A DNA stretch of 64,000 bases from the IMG/VR virus record IMGVR_UViG_3300043450_000376; one strand, written 5' to 3'. Source of the DNA: a virus. Its lineage: Duplodnaviria; Caudoviricetes. The position numbers were made by a program, and so were the translations under genes. The notes beneath the pieces are model-generated. The model was not told the origin of the DNA and made no database searches. It saw only the letters and a list, made by a program, of their open reading frames with translations. This document shows, piece after piece, positions 45,385 through 55,500 of this stretch (positions within the stretch are counted from its first letter, which is position 1; every line of letters begins with the position of its first letter).

Positions 45385-46260
45385 ATGAAAAAATTAATAC
45401 TATTAACCCTATTGGTCCTAACCTGCTTTACTGCCACTTCACAAGTTGCGCAAGATACGGTTAAGCTTACTCCGCAAGAACTATTTGAATTTAATTCAGA
45501 GTGGTTGAGCTTGGGCACAACACAGTCCTATATTGATTTTTCAAAGGATGTCCTAAATACATCAGATCTTTCGCTTGGTATAGTTGGTCGTAAGGTTTCA
45601 ACTACCCTCAACTTGACCCTTAACAGGGCGTCAACTAGTGGTAAGTGGAGCCATGCTGGTATACTATCCATAAATCCAGGTTGGAAATATTATGGTGTAG
45701 GTTATGGCCTTACCCGAAAGCGGGCCAATCGCAGCACAACTTTACAAGTAGTTGGTTCGGCCGACTTTGATTTTCAGAAAAATATTAACATTTCGCTAAT
45801 CGATATGGTTAAAACCCGCCGCTTTGGTAACTTTGGTTATAACCTAACTGCAAGCCAAACCTGGTGGGGTGAGTGGCAAGGCCCATGGCAAGGTGAATAC
45901 ACAGTAGATTCGCTAGGCAATTGGGTTGCTAACATCTATCCAACGATGCCACCTTCTAGACAGCTAACAACCCGTGCGATGATTGTCTATTCCTATCCGG
46001 TTAAATTAAGACGGGTTACCCTTTCACCACAACTTATTTTAGTTAGTGATATTCATAAATCATTTAGTGATGGTACTCTTAATATTAGTTATCTAGCAGA
46101 TTTTAACATTGATGCCTATTATGGGGTACAGGCTGACTGGAAAATAGGCAAGCACTTTATCCTAAATAGCGGTCTTAGATTTAATAGCACAATTGAAAAA
46201 AACAGTCAAGATTTTAAAAAGAGTAATCCAATTCTTTTTTCAATCGGCACCGGCTTCTAG
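45385..46260 (+). CDS. predicted outer-membrane beta-barrel protein
   Basis: signal peptide ..TATS|Q; alternating beta strands; C-terminal ILFSIGTGF. Confidence 0.55.
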   Translation: MKKLILLTLLVLTCFTATSQVAQDTVKLTPQELFEFNSEWLSLGTTQSYIDFSKDVLNTSDLSLGIVGRKVSTTLNLTLNRASTSGKWSHAGILSINPGWKYYGVGYGLTRKRANRSTTLQVVGSADFDFQKNINISLIDMVKTRRFGNFGYNLTASQTWWGEWQGPWQGEYTVDSLGNWVANIYPTMPPSRQLTTRAMIVYSYPVKLRRVTLSPQLILVSDIHKSFSDGTLNISYLADFNIDAYYGVQADWKIGKHFILNSGLRFNSTIEKNSQDFKKSNPILFSIGTGF

Positions 46261-46269
46261 AAATAAATA

Positions 46270-46614
46270 ATGTATATGAAACACGTATCAAACTTTGGAG
46301 GCTGGAAAGCCGAAAATAATATTAATGAAAGCTTGATTCTTACTATTCAAGCTGGTATTGTACTTGGTCTACTTGGTATAAAGGGCCTTATGATGATTGT
46401 ACGCAAGGTTGCGCAAAAGGTTGGTGAAGGGGTTGAACTGCCTAAAGCTGAACTAAAATCCCTAGTTGATGACATTATCTCCGATATTAAAAAGGCAGAT
46501 AAGGGTAACTCATCATTTGCTGAATTAGAACGCGAACTAAAAAAGAGGATTGATGGTGGTGAAATTACCAAAGCCAAAGATATTATTCCTGTAATTAAAG
46601 AATTTACTAAATGA
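46270..46614 (+). CDS. late protein with leader and TM helix
   Basis: MKHVSNFGGWKAENNINE|S; ATAAATA at 46263. Confidence 0.6.
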   Translation: MYMKHVSNFGGWKAENNINESLILTIQAGIVLGLLGIKGLMMIVRKVAQKVGEGVELPKAELKSLVDDIISDIKKADKGNSSFAELERELKKRIDGGEITKAKDIIPVIKEFTK

Positions 46615-47444
46615 AACACTTAATGCTCTATGAAGAGTGGTGTGCAGCTGGTAAGTTAGACACCGATTCATATCAAATAGACGAACAGCTTTCTGATATC
46701 CTACATTTTGTTGGTGATGTTGCAGCTGCCGTGGCCGATGTAGTCGTACCTGGTTCGGGCGCTGTACTTGATGTTATTAATATGCTTTCCTATTGGGTGC
46801 AGGCTCATCTAGCAACAGACGGTCTTGACAAAACCAAATACATACTTAGTGGTATAATTCAGGCATTTGCTATATTTGATCCAATTAATGCGCTTAGTAC
46901 AATACTTAAAACTGGTCTTAACAAGGTAATTGCCGCAATCGCAACCAAGAGCCCAGCCACACTTGCTGCCGCCAGGATTGCAGCACGCCAAGTTGCAGAT
47001 GGCCTAACTACACTGCTAGGAGCCTTAACTGGCTTTGCAACCAAAATGATAACTGGGCTAAGTGGTTCAAAATTTGGCTCAGCTGTTGCATGGCTAAGTA
47101 CAAAATTAGGCATGACTAATGTACTTGCCTGGCTAAAGACTTTTATTACCCAAACTGCGCCAACTTATATTAAACAGTTTCTAACCCGAATCCGCGATAC
47201 ATTTAATCCAGCTCAAGCTGGTGCAAATACTGCTGCAACTGAATTTAATCAGGTACTAAGCCGAAATATTGCAAAGACAGTTGTTAACTATGGTGCAGCT
47301 AATGCTATTCACCAAAAGGTATCAACCTTTGCTCAAAACTGGAATAGTTCAATCCAAAATATTAAGAACTATCCAGATCCAAGAATTATGGCTAGGGACA
47401 ATACTTATGTTGCTCAAAACCACAGACTACCTGGTTTAAACTAG
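46611..47444 (+). CDS. Ala/Gly-rich amphipathic late protein (pre-toxin/pore-former-like helices)
   Basis: MKHLMLYEEW; VGDVAAAVADVVVPGSGAVLDVINMLSY. Confidence 0.5.
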   Translation: MKHLMLYEEWCAAGKLDTDSYQIDEQLSDILHFVGDVAAAVADVVVPGSGAVLDVINMLSYWVQAHLATDGLDKTKYILSGIIQAFAIFDPINALSTILKTGLNKVIAAIATKSPATLAAARIAARQVADGLTTLLGALTGFATKMITGLSGSKFGSAVAWLSTKLGMTNVLAWLKTFITQTAPTYIKQFLTRIRDTFNPAQAGANTAATEFNQVLSRNIAKTVVNYGAANAIHQKVSTFAQNWNSSIQNIKNYPDPRIMARDNTYVAQNHRLPGLN

Positions 47445-47507
47445 ACTTAATCCAAATTCATGGTATCTAGTACAAGATAAATAATTACAAATAAACATTA
47501 TCTTAAA

Positions 47508-48779
47508 ATGTCTACAATTAAATCATTTGAATCCTTTGTTAATGAAGGTCTAACCAATCAATACCTAACTCAACTTAATGAGGGGTTTGAAAAAGATAGC
47601 TATACATATCGCACAGAATCTACTAATTTAAGACCAATGCAATATTTTGACCAGGTTACCACGGTTTTGCAAACTGGAACTTTAACCAAAGGAAATATTC
47701 CACCGTGGTTGGGTCGATATGGTAATTTTGAAGGAAAATCTGCTAACGAAATTTATCAAGTGTTAATGGCAAAGGAGGCCCTAATTGAAATAGATTTAAT
47801 TATTACAGCTAAGGCTCAAAAAAGTAATACTGCAGAAGAGCTTATCAAATGGAAAGCTGACCCAACTAAGAATTTATTGTATGCAATGGTTTTGCTTGAT
47901 CTAAACTCAAATAATCGTGAATCTTGGCGAAGCTCTCTAGACAAAGGTAGAACCTCTGTAATTGTTTCTGATATTGAAACAAAGAAAAAAATTACTAAAC
48001 CAGGTTCTTCCGTAACTACACCGGGTACACAATCTGCGCCAAATGCAACATCTGTTCCATTTAGTCATTCACAAGATGGTTCTAAAGGAGATGTGTTTGT
48101 AATTAATGAATGGATTTTAAGTGATTCATTTAAATCTGAGCTTGATGCTAGAATTCAAGATATTAAACAAACGGTTGATTTATTAAATCCGCCTTCAGGT
48201 AAGCCTAAAGCATTTTGCTCAAATATTGAAATTGAATCCAGTTGTTCAACCGCTCCAAATGGTACACCAAAATCTTCACCTGGTGCTTCAAAATATGCAG
48301 GAACAAAAATCTCTTTTATGGATTTGTCTAAAGAGCGAGCAAATGCAATTTTAACATATCTTAAAACTGGATTATCTTCAGTTGGAGTTTTAATTGATAC
48401 TGATACTAAAGTTACAATTAAAGCTGATGGTCAAAATGCAGATGGTACAAGCGGACCAGCTTGGAATAGTGTAAAGGGTAATTCAAATGAAGAAAAACTT
48501 GCACAAGTTAAAAAATATCAAATGGCAAAGTTTGATTTTACAATTCTATTTAATGATACAACGGCGTCAATTACTCCATCTGAGGAAACAAAACCCGAAG
48601 GTTCGGTTGTTCCGCCAGAAATGGTTGAAGTACCGGTTGGAGAATACAAATTGACTCTTGCAATTAACACATTTAGATTCCACTTGCCTGAAATTACTTT
48701 ACCTAGAATCAAAATCAGACTTCCTAAATTAGGTAGTGGTCGACGTAATTGGGGTTCAACTAAATGTTATAAATTCTAA
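47508..48779 (+). CDS. late protein with OmpA-C-like domain and leader
   Basis: MSTIKSFESFVNE|G; IEIESSCS..MDLSKERANAILTYL..YQ. Confidence 0.6.
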   Translation: MSTIKSFESFVNEGLTNQYLTQLNEGFEKDSYTYRTESTNLRPMQYFDQVTTVLQTGTLTKGNIPPWLGRYGNFEGKSANEIYQVLMAKEALIEIDLIITAKAQKSNTAEELIKWKADPTKNLLYAMVLLDLNSNNRESWRSSLDKGRTSVIVSDIETKKKITKPGSSVTTPGTQSAPNATSVPFSHSQDGSKGDVFVINEWILSDSFKSELDARIQDIKQTVDLLNPPSGKPKAFCSNIEIESSCSTAPNGTPKSSPGASKYAGTKISFMDLSKERANAILTYLKTGLSSVGVLIDTDTKVTIKADGQNADGTSGPAWNSVKGNSNEEKLAQVKKYQMAKFDFTILFNDTTASITPSEETKPEGSVVPPEMVEVPVGEYKLTLAINTFRFHLPEITLPRIKIRLPKLGSGRRNWGSTKCYKF

Positions 48780-48798
48780 TAGCTAAATACTTTATTGT

Positions 48799-48829
48799 AA
48801 AAAGCCGGGAAAATCTCTCGGCTTTTTTT
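48799..48829 (+). terminator. intrinsic terminator
   Basis: AAAAGCCGGGA..TCTCGGCTTTT + T run. Confidence 0.7.
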
Positions 48830-49337
48830 GTATATTAGATATATGAAGAAGTTGCTAATTATAGGAATCTTTGCAATAAGTCCACTTGCAAAAGCACAGG
48901 TAAAAACCGATTCAGTTTATACTGTAATTCGTGAATTGGTTGCTCCATCTACCAAAATAACCAGAACATCAAACCTTGATTCTGCTGCAGCCTTTCACGC
49001 AAATTACCTAATCTCTGGTAAAAAGACTGGCCACTATGAAGAAGAGTGCCCTCTAACCAAAACCCCAATGCGCAGAGCAGAAAAGTTTGGAGATGAAGGA
49101 TTGGGTATCTATGAAGTATGCTGGGCTGGAACCCCAAAGTATGGAAATCTGCCGGCCTCAGTACGATCGGCTATCTATTATTTTAAACTTAGTGATAAAC
49201 ACTGGGATATTATGACCAGAGCAGTTAGTCAATTTACTGAAATCAGATTCGGCTATAGCCGAATTGAAACTAAAGACTGGAGTGTATGCGTTATTATCTA
49301 CTCAACTGGTCCAGAACCGGTTGGATCTAACAGATAA
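48828..49337 (+). CDS. secreted CAP/SCP-like domain protein
   Basis: signal ..LAKA|Q; LDSAAAFHANYL..GH, PMRRA, EVC, SDKHWDIM. Confidence 0.55.
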   Translation: MYIRYMKKLLIIGIFAISPLAKAQVKTDSVYTVIRELVAPSTKITRTSNLDSAAAFHANYLISGKKTGHYEEECPLTKTPMRRAEKFGDEGLGIYEVCWAGTPKYGNLPASVRSAIYYFKLSDKHWDIMTRAVSQFTEIRFGYSRIETKDWSVCVIIYSTGPEPVGSNR

Positions 49338-49364
49338 ATAACTACAAACAAACATTAATGTACA

Positions 49365-50714
49365 ATGTCAAACATTTTAAGATACCAAACTTGGTTAAAT
49401 GAAAACCGTATCTTTGAGGCAGACTCTAGTCTCTTCATTGATTGGAAAGGAAAATTAAGCGGAGCATTTCCTAAATTAGGATTAGCTGGAGAAGGCAAAC
49501 GAATAATTGGAATTGGTGCAAAGTCCGGAAAAGAAGACGCAATGGGAATAACATTTGGCTCAGCTGCAAATCGCGGAACTAAGTGGTCAGTAATTACACC
49601 GCCTAAATCTACTCCGCCAGTTGCAACTACTCCACAATTAACACCGCCTACTATTACCCCATCTGTTGATTTTAAAGGAACAGATTTTCCTTATCCAGAT
49701 AATATTATTACCCCAAACTGGACCATTGCACAAGGTGCAAAGACTCTATTTGATGGTTTTATTATAAATCTGGTTGACTATTTTAAATTAGATCCAACTC
49801 AAGCTAAAAACAATTTTAAATCAATTGCAATTGAAGGAGCAGCCGACGTTGCAACTGCAACGCTAGATGTTCCAGCTGGATATACGAAGCTAGATCATAA
49901 TTATGGTGGAGCTAAACCCAGTAACGAATTTCTTGCAGAGAATCGTGCACTTAAAATGAAAGAAGCAATTGTTAAAGCCCTAACTGCAAATGGCGGACTT
50001 ACTCCAGAATTAGTTACTTTTATATCAGGTAAAATTACAACCACTTTTAAAACAGGTTTACCGAGAGGCGGTCGTTATGTTAAAATCACAACTGCAGCTA
50101 CTCCATATGATGTAAAAACAGCAGGCACAGCAATTCCAGCCACAACTACACCAGGAACAGAAACTCCAGGCCAAGTTGGACCTAGCGGAGAAATTTCTAA
50201 AACCTATTCGGTTCTAACTGATAATTTATTAGAATTCTTTTTTGGAGATGCCAGTACGCATAAAATTGAATCTAGTGCAATTACTCCATTTAGACCAGAT
50301 AAAAATGGTAAATCTGATTTTGTAAAAATTGAAATTTCAGCTTTACAAAATTGGGCTAAAGCATATTTAGGTGGTGAGCTATTAAGTTCAGCTGAAGTTG
50401 CTAATCTTACTGCAACTATTGAAATGGGTGAAGCTGAGACTCGTCAAAATGCATACGGTAAAGAAAGAACCTATTCAATTTCATTTAATGTTCCATCTGG
50501 AAAAGTATTTGCTCCATCTGATGAAGGTAATACTGTTACATGCTCAACTCAAAATAGTAGATATCTAAACCAATTTGGTTATGGAACAGATCAGCAAGGA
50601 ATAAAAACAGGTATGCCATTTGTAATATTCTATACTGCAATTGGAGACGGTCAGTGGGGAATATTAGAAATGAATTCAATTGCAATTGCAAAAGAAACTT
50701 TAATAATGGGATAA
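49365..50714 (+). CDS. late protein with OmpA-C-like domain and leader
   Basis: MSNILRYQTWLNE|N; IAIEGAAD..NEFLAENRALKMKEAI..RYVKI. Confidence 0.6.
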   Translation: MSNILRYQTWLNENRIFEADSSLFIDWKGKLSGAFPKLGLAGEGKRIIGIGAKSGKEDAMGITFGSAANRGTKWSVITPPKSTPPVATTPQLTPPTITPSVDFKGTDFPYPDNIITPNWTIAQGAKTLFDGFIINLVDYFKLDPTQAKNNFKSIAIEGAADVATATLDVPAGYTKLDHNYGGAKPSNEFLAENRALKMKEAIVKALTANGGLTPELVTFISGKITTTFKTGLPRGGRYVKITTAATPYDVKTAGTAIPATTTPGTETPGQVGPSGEISKTYSVLTDNLLEFFFGDASTHKIESSAITPFRPDKNGKSDFVKIEISALQNWAKAYLGGELLSSAEVANLTATIEMGEAETRQNAYGKERTYSISFNVPSGKVFAPSDEGNTVTCSTQNSRYLNQFGYGTDQQGIKTGMPFVIFYTAIGDGQWGILEMNSIAIAKETLIMG

Positions 50715-50721
50715 TTTACTT

Positions 50722-51486
50722 ATGCGATACATCAAACTATTTGAAGACCTAGAACCATTTTATCAGCCGAGCCTTAACCCAAGGGTTTGGGGAGTTACTG
50801 ATGTAAATACTGCACCTAAAATCCATCCAGGTTTAAGAAACAGGCTACTTGTTATTGCGCAAGATTTCTATGAAGCCCTTAAAGTTGAGATTCCAATTGA
50901 GGATATCCACTTAACTGGCTCGCTTGCTAATTATAACTGGACTAAGTATTCAGATTTTGATGTGCATGTTCTATTTGATTTTACTAAGATTAATGAAGAT
51001 ACTGCACTAGTTAAAAAAGCACTCGACGGTCAACGATTTATGTGGAATCAGCGTCATCCAGTCCAAATCTTAAGTCATGATGTTGAACTATATGCCCAAG
51101 ATATTAGTGAACCACACATCGCAAGCGGTCTCTATTCTCTCCTAAAAGACGAGTGGATTACAATTCCTCGCTTTACTCCACCTTCAATTGATCCTAAAGA
51201 CGTTAGTCGTAGAGTTGAAGCACTAGAAACTGAAATTGAAATGCTGGCTAAAGAGATTGTTACGGGCGATTTCGGGTTAATTCAGGAGCCTCTAATCTCA
51301 AGAGTTGATTGGCTTAAAGAGAAAATCATGAAAGCTCGCAAGGATGGTCTAAGTGCACGAGGAGAGTTCTCAGTTGAGAACCTAACGTTTAAAGCGCTTA
51401 GAAATTCAGGCCATATTGAAAAACTAATTGATCTAGGCAAAGAAGCCTATCGACGTCGTCACTCAGACGGAAACCCTATTGTATAG
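50722..51486 (+). CDS. Pol beta-superfamily nucleotidyltransferase with leader
   Basis: MRYIKLFE|D; IHLTGSLANYNW..SDFDVH (GS, DxD), DVELY. Confidence 0.75.
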   Translation: MRYIKLFEDLEPFYQPSLNPRVWGVTDVNTAPKIHPGLRNRLLVIAQDFYEALKVEIPIEDIHLTGSLANYNWTKYSDFDVHVLFDFTKINEDTALVKKALDGQRFMWNQRHPVQILSHDVELYAQDISEPHIASGLYSLLKDEWITIPRFTPPSIDPKDVSRRVEALETEIEMLAKEIVTGDFGLIQEPLISRVDWLKEKIMKARKDGLSARGEFSVENLTFKALRNSGHIEKLIDLGKEAYRRRHSDGNPIV

Positions 51487-51653
51487 TAGAGTAGAATATA
51501 GAATAAATCTCTATACTATGCGATCAAAAATTAAAGCCCTTTCGAATTTTGCACTATCAAGCATTTGGAATTTTGTCTTTACCTTATTAGGCATAAGCCT
51601 TGCACTTCGTTTTATTGCACTATTCGTTAAGTACTGTATATTACAGAATTAGT

Positions 51654-51860
51654 ATGAAAGAATTAGACTATATCGAAATCGCTAAGTGGATTAACCGAAT
51701 AGTCGAATCCTCTACCACTAACGCTCATCTTAAATGTTGCGAAAAGTTATTGGATCAATATCAAGATCTAATTATCAAACAACGGGATTCTCAATTGTGG
51801 ACACTGCACCACCAAATTCGCAACCATATTTTTACCAAAGCCTGTAAAATTAAAGTATAA
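51654..51860 (+). CDS. hypothetical protein
   Basis: likely start MKELDY at 51654. Confidence 0.5.
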   Translation: MKELDYIEIAKWINRIVESSTTNAHLKCCEKLLDQYQDLIIKQRDSQLWTLHHQIRNHIFTKACKIKV

Positions 51861-52000
51861 TAATACTATGAAAATAGTGTACATGGAGCAGACCATTAAT
51901 TGGCTTGCTCAAATAGATCCTGAGCGGGTCAATGAACTTATAAAAGTCAGTACTGTTAAAAAGACAGAATCTGGTATTAATTATTTAGTAATAGAAGAAG

Positions 52001-52201
52001 ATGGAAACACAAACACAAAAGGCAATTAACGAAGCTCGTGAAATTATGGAAAGCTTTGATCCAAGTCCAGCAATGACAATTGGATTTGACTTGCCGACTT
52101 ATACCCTAACCGCAGAGCAAATGATTAAAATCGCTGGCGCTCTTTACCTGGCCGATTGCGAAATTGGCGAACTTACAATTAATAAATGCAAATGTAACTA
52201 A
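52001..52201 (+). CDS. hypothetical protein
   Basis: co-oriented ORF. Confidence 0.45.
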   Translation: METQTQKAINEAREIMESFDPSPAMTIGFDLPTYTLTAEQMIKIAGALYLADCEIGELTINKCKCN

Positions 52202-52502
52202 TATGCCAACTCTAATTAAAATACACCAAGACGGCCGAGAAGAATTTAAGGAACAGGGCCAAAGAGTAGAGGCAATTGCTTGGAATGAAGACAAGACTTT
52301 TAAAGAAATTGTTGATTCAAAACCAGTGGTTGGCTGTTCTCTCTTAGTAGGATCAGTTACCGCTAGATCTTATTCAAGTCAAGATTATTGGTTAACGACA
52401 GTCGTAACTGAAATCTTAGAAGAGAAAAAAGATGCAGAAGGTCATTTAGAATTTGTAAAATTCAAGACCAAAAACTCAGATTATATCTTAACGAACAGAT
52501 AA
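52164..52502 (+). CDS. hypothetical protein
   Basis: YWLTT.VTEI..KFKT.NS.Y. Confidence 0.6.
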   Translation: MANLQLINANVTNMPTLIKIHQDGREEFKEQGQRVEAIAWNEDKTFKEIVDSKPVVGCSLLVGSVTARSYSSQDYWLTTVVTEILEEKKDAEGHLEFVKFKTKNSDYILTNR

Positions 52503-52503
52503 A

Positions 52504-53076
52504 ATGAAAGTAATATTTTTAGATCATGATGGAGTTATTTGCTTAGCCACTGAATGGGGCGGCAGATTTAAAAAGCAACAAAAACACGGCCGAAAACTGA
52601 GTCAATCTGTTTTGTCTCTTCCAGTAGATTGTAGGTTTGATAACTTTAATAAGAAAGCTATTCTAATCTTAAATGAAATTATCCAAGAAACTGGCGCAGA
52701 GATTGTTGTAAGTTCAGATTGGAAACGTTGGGCAACCTGCGAAGAGATGGGAGACTATTATGAAGCTAAAGGCATCTGTAAGAAACCTATTGCATTTACA
52801 CCTGATCTTAGAGACTGTACAATACATGGTACTAATTTTATATGGAGTCCTCAATGGGATTTGGAACAAACCAGATCTATTGAAATCAAACAATATTTAC
52901 ACGACCATCCTGAAGTAACGCATTGGGTTGCAATCGATGACTTAAATATGGGAATGGATGAGGACCATAAAGTTTGGGGTTTATCAAATTTTGTCTTAAC
53001 TCCAAAATCAAGAGAAGGCATAAAACAAAGCGGAATAAAAGAATCAATTTTAAAATTTTTAAAAGATGGGAACTAA
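52504..53076 (+). CDS. HAD-superfamily phosphatase (Swiss-Army-knife RNA-repair HAD type)
   Basis: IFLDHDGV, IVVSSDW, WVAIDDL. Confidence 0.8.
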   Translation: MKVIFLDHDGVICLATEWGGRFKKQQKHGRKLSQSVLSLPVDCRFDNFNKKAILILNEIIQETGAEIVVSSDWKRWATCEEMGDYYEAKGICKKPIAFTPDLRDCTIHGTNFIWSPQWDLEQTRSIEIKQYLHDHPEVTHWVAIDDLNMGMDEDHKVWGLSNFVLTPKSREGIKQSGIKESILKFLKDGN

Positions 53077-53563
53077 TTATTATAGAATTCCGACTGAATC
53101 GGAAATGCAAGAGCGTAAAGCTCGTTTAGAAAATCGTATTCAAGAATTAGAGATGACGGCTGGAAATATTGAACGCAAATTTAATACGATTCCAACTCAT
53201 GATTCAGATTATGTTTGGGAATATGAAACTCCATGGGACGAGTTTTGTAACAACACTAATATCCATTTAGGAAAACGCAGCAGCGGCTGGAAGTTTAGCT
53301 GGAATTTCCATAAGAATAAGTTTTACAATAACAAAGAAACCCTATTCGCCTTTATTAGAGCGGGCCGAATTGTTGATGAATATGGTACAGAACTTCCAGC
53401 AGAAGAATTTATTCAAATGGCCATGGAATGGGGTCAACCCGATGGCTTAATTGCAGATGAAGCTTACCTAAGAAAGTACGAACGTAATATTGGTAATTGG
53501 CAAGACTATGTGGATCGGGACATTGACGGGCTTAGGGTTTCTTCTTCAACTGAATTCTGTTAA
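53066..53563 (+). CDS. conserved phage hypothetical protein
   Basis: MGTNYY..IHLGKRSSGWKF. Confidence 0.65.
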   Translation: MGTNYYRIPTESEMQERKARLENRIQELEMTAGNIERKFNTIPTHDSDYVWEYETPWDEFCNNTNIHLGKRSSGWKFSWNFHKNKFYNNKETLFAFIRAGRIVDEYGTELPAEEFIQMAMEWGQPDGLIADEAYLRKYERNIGNWQDYVDRDIDGLRVSSSTEFC

Positions 53564-53604
53564 AATTAACTAGACCCTAGTCAATAATTAAAGTATAATA
53601 CAGT

Positions 53605-53910
53605 ATGGAAAACCAAGAAGTTTTAATATGTGAATGTCACTCAACTGATCATCAGATCCTATTTATGTGGGAACACGATCCATTTATCGATGATCAATTG
53701 GCTTTTATGCACATACACTTATCGAATTACCGAGGTTTTTGGCAAAGACTTCGCTATGGCTTAGCCTATGCGTTTGGTAGAAAGAGCCGCTTTGGGGCTT
53801 TTGATGAAATTATCTTAGATCCAAAGGATGCTGATAAACTACAAAAGGTAGTTAATCACCTCAAAAATATAAAGAAACAACGTGAAAAGAAAGTTAAGAG
53901 AACTGTTTGA
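53605..53910 (+). CDS. hypothetical protein
   Basis: CECHSTDH..FWQRL..AFG. Confidence 0.6.
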   Translation: MENQEVLICECHSTDHQILFMWEHDPFIDDQLAFMHIHLSNYRGFWQRLRYGLAYAFGRKSRFGAFDEIILDPKDADKLQKVVNHLKNIKKQREKKVKRTV

Positions 53911-54085
53911 TAATCTTGCTAAAAAAGCAGGATATGTAACAGTTGCCGAGGCTGAGAAACTTGTAATAGACCAGCGCGAAAGATGCGCGGTTAGAGCAAG
54001 TCAAAGATTCCAACATGCTAAAAGTAATAGAGACATGTTTGGTGCAGTAATAAACACATGGTTAGTAACAGAAAAACAAGACTAG
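53882..54085 (+). CDS. hypothetical protein
   Basis: overlapping co-oriented ORF. Confidence 0.45.
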   Translation: MKRKLRELFDNLAKKAGYVTVAEAEKLVIDQRERCAVRASQRFQHAKSNRDMFGAVINTWLVTEKQD

Positions 54086-54090
54086 AAAAC

Positions 54091-54456
54091 ATGCAAATTG
54101 CCCTAATTGCACACGATGGAAAGAAAGCCGAAATGGTTGCCTTCCTAATGGAAAATCGTGAAGCACTTAACGGAATTAATCTTATCTCAACCGGTACTAC
54201 CGGAAAATTTGTTGAGCAGGCAGGACTTAAGGTAACGCGAGTCCTGTCTGGCCCAATGGGTGGAGACGCCCAAATTGCAGCTAAGATTGCTGAAAAGGAA
54301 ATCGAAGCAGTAATATTTTTTAGAGATCCACTCAATGCCCATCCACACGAACCAGATGTTCAAATGTTAATGCGTATTTGTGATGTACATAATATCCCGC
54401 TTGCAACAAATCCTAGTTGTGCTCGCCTTATCTTAAAAGGCCTACATAGTAATTGA
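54091..54456 (+). CDS. mgsA: methylglyoxal synthase
   Basis: IALIAHDGKK, STGTTG, SGPMGGDAQI, FFRDPL..HPHEPDV..L.RICDV.NIPLATN; start MQIAL at 54091. Confidence 0.95.
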   Translation: MQIALIAHDGKKAEMVAFLMENREALNGINLISTGTTGKFVEQAGLKVTRVLSGPMGGDAQIAAKIAEKEIEAVIFFRDPLNAHPHEPDVQMLMRICDVHNIPLATNPSCARLILKGLHSN

Positions 54457-54471
54457 TAAATATTTACAGTT

Positions 54472-54723
54472 ATGCAATTTATAGAATTTTATATTACAAC
54501 GTACAACTCTACAACAGAAAGAGTTATTGAAACTATCCTTGTTCAACTAGCTGATGCTGGCATGGTTAAAAAGTGGAAGACTCACGAAAGTGATTCGACT
54601 CTGCACTGGACTGTAACTGGCAGCTGGGCTGCGTATTCAACAGTTTCAGCAGTCGATAAGAATAAATTTATTTCAGAATCAGAACCAATCTCTTTTAGTC
54701 TAGAGCACTTCGAGGAAGATTAA
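54472..54723 (+). CDS. hypothetical protein
   Basis: GATAAATA upstream at 54455. Confidence 0.5.
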   Translation: MQFIEFYITTYNSTTERVIETILVQLADAGMVKKWKTHESDSTLHWTVTGSWAAYSTVSAVDKNKFISESEPISFSLEHFEED

Positions 54724-54795
54724 TAAACATAGTGTTAATGATTTGATAATCCTAAAACAGATTATCGGATTGGCAAAGCCAATAGATAACCTTAT

Positions 54796-55500
54796 ATGAT
54801 TAGTACCAAATTAACTATAGTTATTCCATGTAAAAACGAGGGCAATACAATTTATGCCTGCCTACTTGCCATCTCGAACCAAGTAGATTCCAACAACCTT
54901 TCCATTATTATTGCAGATAGTTCAGATAACCAAGAGTCTCTTGATATTTTAGCTAAGTGCAAATTTGATTTTAAAAATCTAGATATTCAAATAGTAAATG
55001 GCGGATTTCCAGCTCAAGCCAGATTAAATGGTTCGTATCTAGTTAAAACAGATTATCTACTCTTTTTAGATGCAGATATTATGCTAACTGATATTAATAC
55101 ACTAATACAGTCTATAATTTATTGCTGCGCTAACCCACATATTGATTTACTTACAATACCTTTTTACACAGATCCTAAATGGAACTGGGCTTTTAAAGCG
55201 TTTAAATTCTTTCAAATGATTGGCCCACCATTTGCAATAGGCGGCTTTCAATTATGGAAAACCTCAGCCTATTGGAAAACTGGCGGTTATAATCCAGCTG
55301 AAATATTTGCAGAAGACTATTCAATTTCTTCTAAAGTAGATCGAGCTAATTTTAAAATGCTAAAGTCTAGTCTTGCATATACTTCGCCAAGACGATTTGA
55401 GAATAAGGGTATCTTTTATATGTTTAAGTTAATGATCTTAAGCTATCTTAACCGAAATAAACCAGACTTTTTTAAAAAACACCATGATTATTGGACATGA
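54796..55500 (+). CDS. glycosyltransferase family 2
   Basis: IVIPCKNE, IIIADS, ARLNG, LLFLDAD, AED, TSPRRF. Confidence 0.85.
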   Translation: MISTKLTIVIPCKNEGNTIYACLLAISNQVDSNNLSIIIADSSDNQESLDILAKCKFDFKNLDIQIVNGGFPAQARLNGSYLVKTDYLLFLDADIMLTDINTLIQSIIYCCANPHIDLLTIPFYTDPKWNWAFKAFKFFQMIGPPFAIGGFQLWKTSAYWKTGGYNPAEIFAEDYSISSKVDRANFKMLKSSLAYTSPRRFENKGIFYMFKLMILSYLNRNKPDFFKKHHDYWT

